From NCBI RefSeq assembly GCF_042650625.1, contig NZ_JBHSBM010000011.1:687297-705189 (forward strand): a stretch of DNA of 17,893 bases. The letters run 5' to 3'. Positions 1 through 6,800 of the stretch are shown here, piece by piece. Under the pieces are notes generated by a model, which had not been told where the DNA came from, did no database searches, and saw nothing but the letters and a program-made list of their open reading frames with translations. The position numbers and the translations under genes were made by a program. Source of the stretch: Planomonospora corallina. Lineage in GTDB: Bacteria > Actinomycetota > Actinomycetes > Streptosporangiales > Streptosporangiaceae. Every line of letters begins with the position of its first letter. Positions within the stretch are counted from its first letter, which is position 1.

Positions 1-884
1 ACGCGGCCGACCATCCGGGCGTACATCCGCACGGGGCTGGGGGCCGACGGCGGACTGAGGAAGCCGGGGAGCATGGGCAGGTCCACGGCGAACGGCTGGA
101 GGCGCTCGTAGAGCTCGTCGGCGCCCGCCGGGCGGCGCACGGGATCCTTCTCCAGCAGCTGCCCGATCAGCCGGTCCAGCTCGCCGGGGACGTCCGGCAG
201 CGGCGGCGGGCACTCCTTGACCTGGCGCTCGAACACGGCGTACTCGGTGGGCCCGGTGAACAGCTGCCTGCCCGTCAGCATCTCGTGCAGGACGCAGCCC
301 AGCGCGTACAGGTCGCTGCGCGGGCCGGCCAGGCCGCGCTGGATCTGCTCGGGGGCCATGTAGGCGGGCGTGCCGAGCAGCTGGCCGATCCGGGTGAAGC
401 GGGTGGAGCCGGTCTCGCGGAGCATCGCCAGCCCGAAGTCCAGGACCTTGACGCTGCCGTCGGGGCAGAGCATCAGGTTGGTCGGCTTGAGGTCCCGGTG
501 GTAGATCGAGAGCGCGTGCGCGGCCGAGAGCACCGCGCAGGCCTGGGCGGCGATCGCGGCGGCCCACGGGACCGGGAGCGGGCCGTGCTCGCTGACCAGG
601 TCGGCCACGGTGACGCCCTCGATGAACTGCATCACCTGGTACAGCCGGTGGCCCTCGGCGCCGAAGTCGTAGAGCACGGGGGCGCCGGGGTGCTCCAGCC
701 TGGCCAGGATGCGGGCCTCCCGCAGGAAGCGCTGCTGCAGCTCCTCGTCGGGGCCGGTGTGCAGGCGCAGGAACTTCACCGCAACCCTGCGGTCGAGGTG
801 CCGGTCGTGACCGGCGTAGACCGCGCCCATGCCTCCCTGCCCGAGGGGGAGGTCGTCGAGAACGTACCGGTCGCCGATGACCAT
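1..884 (-). CDS. Ser/Thr protein kinase (Hanks-type). N-terminal kinase domain complete; C-terminal part runs off the window start.
   Basis: Reverse-strand translation from the ATG at 884..882 gives MVIGDRYVLDDLPLGQGGMGAVYAGHDRHLDRRVAVKFLR. Further in are IYHRDLKPTN (catalytic loop), VLDFGLA (DFG) and GTPAYMAPE (APE), with no stops down to position 1. Strong SD (GGGGAGGG, 4 nt spacer) sits before the ATG, 29 nt after the upstream methyltransferase stop. Absent from the ORF track because it runs off the edge. Confidence 0.9.
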   Translation of the reverse strand, partial: MVIGDRYVLDDLPLGQGGMGAVYAGHDRHLDRRVAVKFLRLHTGPDEELQQRFLREARILARLEHPGAPVLYDFGAEGHRLYQVMQFIEGVTVADLVSEHGPLPVPWAAAIAAQACAVLSAAHALSIYHRDLKPTNLMLCPDGSVKVLDFGLAMLRETGSTRFTRIGQLLGTPAYMAPEQIQRGLAGPRSDLYALGCVLHEMLTGRQLFTGPTEYAVFERQVKECPPPLPDVPGELDRLIGQLLEKDPVRRPAGADELYERLQPFAVDLPMLPGFLSPPSAPSPVRMYARMVGR

Positions 885-913
885 CCGGCCCTCCCCTGCG
901 GACTAACGGGCTC

Positions 914-2824
914 CTACACCCCTTGGTCGCACGGCCGCAGATGGCCGTCGACCAGTCCGTCAAAGCCTAACCGGATCAAGGTCTCTCCCAGCGCGGCCGC
1001 CTCACGCAATCGGTCCTCCATCGCCGTCAGGGCGCGGAAGGCCTCGCCGTACCGGCGCTGCTCGGCCAGGGGCAGCATCGGCACCCGGGTCCGCCGCACG
1101 TCGAGCCTGCTGGAGCCGGGGTGGGCGCGGGCGGTGTCGGCGGAGCGCAGGCATCCGGCCAGGAAGCCCGGGTCGAGCCGGTCCGGGTCCACCCGGTAGA
1201 GCGTGAGCTGCGGCCCCAGCGCCGCGCCGGGCTCGGTGACCACCCGGACCGCGCCGAGGGCGGTGGCGACGACGTCGCCCGGCCGGAGCATGACCAGCGC
1301 CGGGTCGGGCGGGGCCCCGCCGGAGGGCGGCCCGCCCGAGGCGACGTCGTCGGCGGTCAGGACCGGGACCGGGCCGGAGTCCGTGGCCATGCGCTGCGGG
1401 GCCGCCAGGAGGGTGACCAGCCCCGTCTTGACCAGCTCGCCGACCGTCGTGGCCGGCAGCTCCTGCCGCTCGGGCAGCGGCTCCAGCGGCGGCGGCGCCT
1501 CCGTGAGGACGGCCGAGGCCGCCCGGAAGCGGTCCAGCGTGTCACCGAAGTCGCGGACGAAGTCCAGCGGCCCCTGCTGCGGGCGGTGCCGGGCCGGGGT
1601 GAGGTCGACCTCGTCGTCGAGCAGGTCGATGATCCGCACGGTACGGCCGGCGCCGGACGGCTCCGCCTCCGGGTCCCGCGCGTAGGCGCGCCAGGCCGGC
1701 TCCACCACCGACAGGTCCTCGCCCGCGTCCACCAGCAGGAGCGCCGAGGGCGGCCTGCTCCCGTCGGGGCGGCGGAGCATCCACAGGTCGGGGCCGCCGG
1801 GGGCCAGGCTGATCACCGCGCGCAGCGCCCCGGCCCGCAGCAGGTTGCCCCGGATCCGCTTGCCGGGGCGGCGGCCGGCCGCGGCGGCGGGCATCAGGAT
1901 CGCCACCAGGCCGCCCGGCCGCACGTGGCTCAGGCAGTGCTGGACCCAGGCCAGCTCGGATTCGCCGCGCGGCGGCATGCCGTACTCCCAGCGGGGGTCG
2001 CCGGTCAGCTCCTCGTGGCCCCACGCGCGCTCGTTGAACGGAGGGTCGCAGACCACCGCGTCGGCGAGCTCGCCGGCCAGGCCGTCCTCGCGGAGCGAGT
2101 CGCCGGCCGCGATCCGGGCCGGTGCGCCGCGCAGCAGCAGGCGGACCGCGGTGATCAGGGCGCTGGTCTCGTTGAGCTCCTGGCCGAGCGGGGCGGCGGC
2201 GTGCAGCAGGAGGGTGCCCACGCCGCAGGCGGGGTCGAGCACGGTGCCCGCGCCGGTCCGGCCGTCCCCGGCGGTCAGGCGGATCATGAGCGCCGCCAGG
2301 TCGTCCCTGGTCACCGCGAGCTGCCGGGAGCGTGCCTCGACGTAGCGCGCGCAGAGGAACTCGAAGGCCTCCCGCGGGCCGCGCTCGTCGGCCAGCCGGG
2401 CGGCCAGCCGGAGCAGCGCCGGGTCGGCCGGCGGCCGGGCGCGGCCGGGCAGGCCGGCCGTGGCGGCCGCCGCGCGGTCCGGGACGCACCGCACGCCGTG
2501 CTCGCGCCAGGTCTCCGGCTCGCGGTGCAGGAAGAGCAGGAAGGCGCCGATCCGGCCCACCAGCTCGCCCAGGCGCAGGTCGTCGACGGAGGTCCGCATC
2601 CGCTGCCAGACCAGGTCGCCGAGGGAGACCTCGAAGGACTTGCCGTTGTGGCGCAGCCACGCGGCGACCTCCGACAGGGAGAAGAGCGGGCTGGAGGCGG
2701 TGCCGCCGACCGGCTGCGGGAAGTCCTCGTGCCGGCGGCGCCAGTTGCTCACCGCGGCCCGTCCCACGTCGGCGAGCCGGGCGATGTCGCCCGCGTTGAC
2801 GGTGATCTCCCGGCTCTCCTCCAT
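914..2824 (-). CDS. Single-chain N6-adenine DNA methyltransferase: N-terminal HTH, HsdM-like AdoMet-MTase core, and one C-terminal HsdS-like target-recognition domain.
   Basis: 636-aa ORF. N-terminus ITVNAGDIARLADVGRAAVSNWRRRH is an excisionase/MerR-like HTH. VLDPACGVGTLL is motif I (AdoMet binding). VVCDPPFN is motif IV (D/NPPF/Y). HVRPGGLVAILMP is an HsdM-like motif. The C-terminus (LRPGDVV...LYRV...FLAGCL...VPMLPLAEQRRYGEAF) resembles a type I S-subunit TRD plus its conserved LPPLxEQ region. No restriction subunit in the window. Confidence 0.85.
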   Translation of the reverse strand: MEESREITVNAGDIARLADVGRAAVSNWRRRHEDFPQPVGGTASSPLFSLSEVAAWLRHNGKSFEVSLGDLVWQRMRTSVDDLRLGELVGRIGAFLLFLHREPETWREHGVRCVPDRAAAATAGLPGRARPPADPALLRLAARLADERGPREAFEFLCARYVEARSRQLAVTRDDLAALMIRLTAGDGRTGAGTVLDPACGVGTLLLHAAAPLGQELNETSALITAVRLLLRGAPARIAAGDSLREDGLAGELADAVVCDPPFNERAWGHEELTGDPRWEYGMPPRGESELAWVQHCLSHVRPGGLVAILMPAAAAGRRPGKRIRGNLLRAGALRAVISLAPGGPDLWMLRRPDGSRPPSALLLVDAGEDLSVVEPAWRAYARDPEAEPSGAGRTVRIIDLLDDEVDLTPARHRPQQGPLDFVRDFGDTLDRFRAASAVLTEAPPPLEPLPERQELPATTVGELVKTGLVTLLAAPQRMATDSGPVPVLTADDVASGGPPSGGAPPDPALVMLRPGDVVATALGAVRVVTEPGAALGPQLTLYRVDPDRLDPGFLAGCLRSADTARAHPGSSRLDVRRTRVPMLPLAEQRRYGEAFRALTAMEDRLREAAALGETLIRLGFDGLVDGHLRPCDQGV

Positions 2825-2908
2825 GGACAGTCAGAGTAGTTGACAGAACTAAAACGGTCTACAACATTTTTGCTTGTGAAGTCCTTCAACCAGTGCTTTA
2901 CTGCCTTC
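2825..2908. promoter_or_regulatory. AT-rich divergent intergenic/promoter island between the methyltransferase (-) and PP2C #1 (+).
   Basis: About 45% GC in a 72% GC context. Contains TTGACA (2840-2845) and a GACAG-N11-GACAG direct repeat (2826-2846). No convincing SD for either flanking gene. Exact -10 elements could not be fixed by eye. Confidence 0.4.
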
Positions 2909-3706
2909 ATGGCACAAAACGAAGGACTGGCACTGCGCTACGCCGCCCGCTCCGATGTCGGAGTCCGCCGCGAGGCGAACGAGGACTCGGGCTACGCCAG
3001 CCCGCGTCTGCTGGCCATCGCCGACGGCATGGGTGGCCACGCGGGCGGAGAGGTCGCCAGCTCGCTCGTCGTGACGACCCTGGCCGCGCTGGACGAGGCC
3101 CTCCCGGTGCCGGACGCCACCTTGGAGGAGAGCCTCCAGGGTGTCGCCAGAGACGTCAACCGCGCGCTGCGCGGGATGACCGAGCGCGAGCCCGCGCTGC
3201 GCGGGATGGGCACCACCTTCACCGCCATGCTCTGGGACGGCGCCGCGTTCGCCCTGGCCCACGTCGGGGACTCCCGCGCCTACATGCTGCGCGACGGCGC
3301 GCTCTACCAGATCACCCACGACCACACCCTCGTCCAGTCGCTGGTGGACGAGGGACGCATCACCCCCGAGCAGGCGGCCGAGCACCCGCGCCGGTCGATG
3401 GTCCTGCGCGTGCTGGAGGGGACCGGCGACGGCGACCTGGACCTGAGCCTGCGCGAGGCCCGGCCGGGCGACCGCTACCTCCTGTGCTCCGACGGCCTGA
3501 CCGCCGTGGTCGGGCCGGAGGCCCTCTTCAACACCCTCACCGACGTCGACGACCCCGACGAGGCCGCCCGGTGGCTCATCGAGCTGGCCAACAGCGGGGG
3601 CGGCCCCGACAACATCACCTGCGTCGTCGCCGACTTCGGCCCCCACCCCGCCTCCACCGAGCGCCTCGTCGTGGGCGCCGCCGCCGAGCAGAGACTGACA
3701 CCCTGA
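2909..3706 (+). CDS. PP2C-family Ser/Thr protein phosphatase (paralog 1).
   Basis: MAQNEGLALRYAARSDVGVRREANEDSGYAS...LLAIADGMGGHAGGEVASS...LCSDGL...GGGPDNITCVVADF are canonical PPM/PP2C motifs. ATG at 2909 preferred over the track start at 2840, which lies in the AT-rich intergenic island and overlaps promoter-like sequence. Confidence 0.88.
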   Translation: MAQNEGLALRYAARSDVGVRREANEDSGYASPRLLAIADGMGGHAGGEVASSLVVTTLAALDEALPVPDATLEESLQGVARDVNRALRGMTEREPALRGMGTTFTAMLWDGAAFALAHVGDSRAYMLRDGALYQITHDHTLVQSLVDEGRITPEQAAEHPRRSMVLRVLEGTGDGDLDLSLREARPGDRYLLCSDGLTAVVGPEALFNTLTDVDDPDEAARWLIELANSGGGPDNITCVVADFGPHPASTERLVVGAAAEQRLTP

Positions 3707-3817
3707 CGCGGCGCCCGGTACGGCGGCGCTCCGGGCGGTGCCGGACACCACGGCGCCCCGGGTGGCTTCCGGCGCGGCGCTCCGGGCGGTGTCCGGCGCG
3801 GCGGCGCAGGACAGGCG

Positions 3818-3848
3818 GAGGGCCGGGCCCGGGAGAGGGCCCGGCCTC
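3818..3848. terminator. GC-rich hairpin between the convergent PP2C #1 and giant ATPase genes (possible bidirectional terminator).
   Basis: GGCCGGGCCC (3821-3830), 6-nt loop GGGAGA, then GGGCCCGGCC (3837-3846). Extendable with one bulge to about 13 bp. Overlaps the ATPase stop codon (3847-3849). No U-tract, as is common in actinomycetes. Confidence 0.4.
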
Positions 3849-6800
3849 ATCGCTCCGGCGCGAGCCGGTCGGCGGCCCGGTCGATGGCGGTGCCGACCCG
3901 GTCGGCGAGCAGGCCCACCGCGCCGACGGCCCGGGCCACCGGGTCGTCCTCGCCGCCGCCGAGCGCGCGGGCGCGCACGTAGGCGGCCTTCACCTCGGCC
4001 CACCGCGCGGCCTGCCCGGGGGTGAGCCTTCCCCTGATCTCGGCCAGCCTCAGCAGGTTCTCCTCGGCGCCGGACGTGAGCGTCTGCGCCTCGCCGAGGT
4101 AGTGGTCGTCGATGACGGCCTCCAGCTCGGCGTCGTTCATCACTGCCGAGATCCGCGCCGCCAGCTTGGTCATGTTCCGGTAGGAGCCCTGGAGCCGGAA
4201 CGGCGGCTCGGTCCGCGCGGCGTCCGACTGCGCGGCCGAGGCGATGTAGGCCTGGTTGACGGACAGGACCACCCGCTGGACGTGGAGCAGCTTGCGCAGC
4301 ACCGCGAGGATCTGCTCCAGCTCCACCGAGGAGTACGGATGGGCCAGCCGGTCGGCGCGGACGGCCGGGTCGCCCTGCGCCAGCCGTACCAGCAGGCGGA
4401 CGTCCTCGCGCTCGCGGGTCGCCAGCGGAGCCAGGACGGGGTTGGAGGTCAGCGCCGTGTCGACGTAGCTCAGCGCGAACACCTCCTCCCTGCCGGAGAG
4501 CACGTCGCCGAGGTTCCAGACATCGGCGCGGTTGGCGAGCATGTCGGGGATGCGGAACCGCGCGCCCGACTCGGTGTACGGGTTGCCCGCCATGCAGACC
4601 GCGAAGCGCTTGCCGCGCAGGTCGTAGGTGCGGCTCCGGCCGTTCCAGACCCCCTCCATGCGGCGCTGGGCGTCGCACAGCGAGATGAACTTCTGCAGCA
4701 GCTCCGGTGAGGTGTGCTGGATGTCGTCCAGATAGAGCAGGACGTTGTTGCCCATCTCCAGCGCGAAGTTGATCTTCTCGACCTCCTGGCGGGAGGTCGC
4801 GTCCGGGGCCTCGGCGGGGTCCACCGAGGTGACCCGGTGACCCAGCGCCGGGCCGTTGACCTTCACGAAGACCAGGCCCAGGCGGTTGGCGACGTACTCC
4901 ATCAGGGTCGTCTTGCCGTAGCCGGGCGGGGAGATGAGCAGCAGCAGGCCCATCTGGTCGGTCCGCTTGGCGTCGCCGCTCGCGCCCAGCTGCTTGGCCA
5001 GGTTGTCGCCGATGAGCGGCAGGTAGACCTCGTCGAGCAGCTGGTTGCGGACGAAGGAGCTCATCACCTTCGGCCGGTACTCCTCCAGCCGCAGGCGGGT
5101 GCGCTCGGCGGCGACCAGCTCGTTGCGGCGCCGCAGGTAGTCCCGGTAGGCCGGCGCCCGGTGGGTCCGGAAGCGCCTGGTCCGGGCGAGGAACTCGTCC
5201 AGGCGCACCGTCATGCTCCGGCCGGTGACGCGCGGGTGCGCGCCGAGCAGCCCCTCGACGGTCGCCTCCAGCGCCGCCGACGAGTCGTGGCGGGGCAGCC
5301 CTTCGCAGAGCAGTACGGCGACGGCCTCGGGCAGCTCGGGGCAGGAGCGGGCCAGGGCGGCGCCGGAGCCGTCCCCGGCGTTCCTGGAGTCCCCGCTGCC
5401 TCCGGACGCGCCTGCGGTCACGCCTGCGGTCACGGCTCCGGAGCCGCCCGCGAAGGCCTCCAGCCAGGCCTCGGCCAGCCGCCTGCGGCCGGGCAGGTCG
5501 CCGGCGAGGGCGCGCAGGTCCTCGGCGAAGTCGGCGCGGGCGGCGCCCAGCGCCCGGTCGAAGCGCTCCAGCAGCCTGCGGGCCCCGGCGCTCGTCACGA
5601 ACCCGGCCGGAGCGCTCGCCAGCTCCTCGAACAGGTACTCCCCGGCCAGCTCGGAGATCTCCGCGGGATCCCCGAAGGTCCCGGAGGCCGCGGCTCCCCG
5701 TGCCTCCCCGGACACCGGTCCGCCGGATCCGGTCCGTGCCTCCCCGGGCACCGGTCCGCCGGATCCGCTCCGCCCGTCCGGCGCGGCCTCGTCACCTCCG
5801 CGGGCCGGCTGTGCCAGGAAGGCTCCGTCACCTCCGCGGGCCGGCTCCGCCAGGAAGGCCGCCACCGCCGAGCCCAGGGCGCGGCAGGTCTCCTCCACCG
5901 CCGCCACGTGCCCGAACCGGGCGCGTGCCCGGGCCAGCGAGACCGCCCGGGTGGTCCAGGAGGAGCGTTCGGCCTCGTCCGTCCCGAAGGCCCAGAAGAG
6001 CTGGGCCGCCGCCCGCGCGGCCGGGGGGTAGCGGAGCAGCCCGGCGCCCGCGTGCAGCCGGAGCAGCACGTCGAGGATCGCCGCGGCGTCGTGGTCGTGC
6101 ACGCCCCGCTCGTAGCCCTCGTCGTAGCGGCTCTCCGCGGCCCGGCGGACGATCCGGAGCAGCTCCCCGTCGGCCACCGCCGCCTCGTGCAGCGCGTCGA
6201 GCGAGACCGTGAGCCCGCCGGAGCCGCCCTCCACGAGCGGGGTGCCCGCCTCGGCGGCGGCCAGGACCGCGGCGGCCAGGTGCTCGGCCCGGTAGACGTC
6301 GGGCGACTCCGAGACCAGCAGCTGCGACCAGAACGGCCGGGTCGCGGCGAACGCGGGGTCGCCGACGGGGGCGCGGTAGTCGGTCCCGGTGACGGCGAAG
6401 GCCATCTCCCCGCCGTGCGGGACCAGCGTCAGGTCCGCCTCCTGGGTGTTGACCGCGAACCGGTGCCGGCCCAGCCGGATGGTCTCGCCGCCGTCGGTGT
6501 AGAGGTCGAGCCGGTCGCGCAGCGCCCGCCCGGCCTCCTGCCGGGCCGCCTTGACCCGGCCCTCCAGCTCCTCGGCGCGGACCTGGTCGCCCAGCTCGCG
6601 CAGCTCGGCGGCGACCGCGTGCAGCTTGCGCACCATCGGGTCGGAGGCGAAGTAGGTGTTGACCTCGTCGACCGAGCCGAGCGAGGAGACCCGCCGCTGC
6701 ACGCTCGCCAGGATCCGGTCCGCCGAGCCGGCCAGCCGGTCGGCCCGGCGGGCCCGCTCGTCCAGCAGGGCCTGCCGCCGGGAGGAGAACGCCTCGTAGA

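Noticed and set aside
285-1199. 304-aa plus-strand ORF over the kinase region.
   Set aside because: It is the antisense strand of the Ser/Thr kinase. The kinase motifs HRDLKPTN, DFG and APE read perfectly on the minus strand.
1121-2839. 572-aa plus-strand ORF and 372-aa minus-strand ORF (1542..2660) overlapping the methyltransferase.
   Set aside because: Antisense or alternate frame of the MTase, whose frame alone contains the AdoMet-binding and DPPF catalytic motifs.
2849-4710. Overlapping 609-aa minus-strand ORF (2849..4678) and 605-aa plus-strand ORF (2893..4710).
   Set aside because: Both overlap the convincing PP2C #1 gene (2909-3706, +) and the 3' end of the ATPase (-) in wrong frames or strands. 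Their products are Arg/Gly/Pro-rich nonsense.
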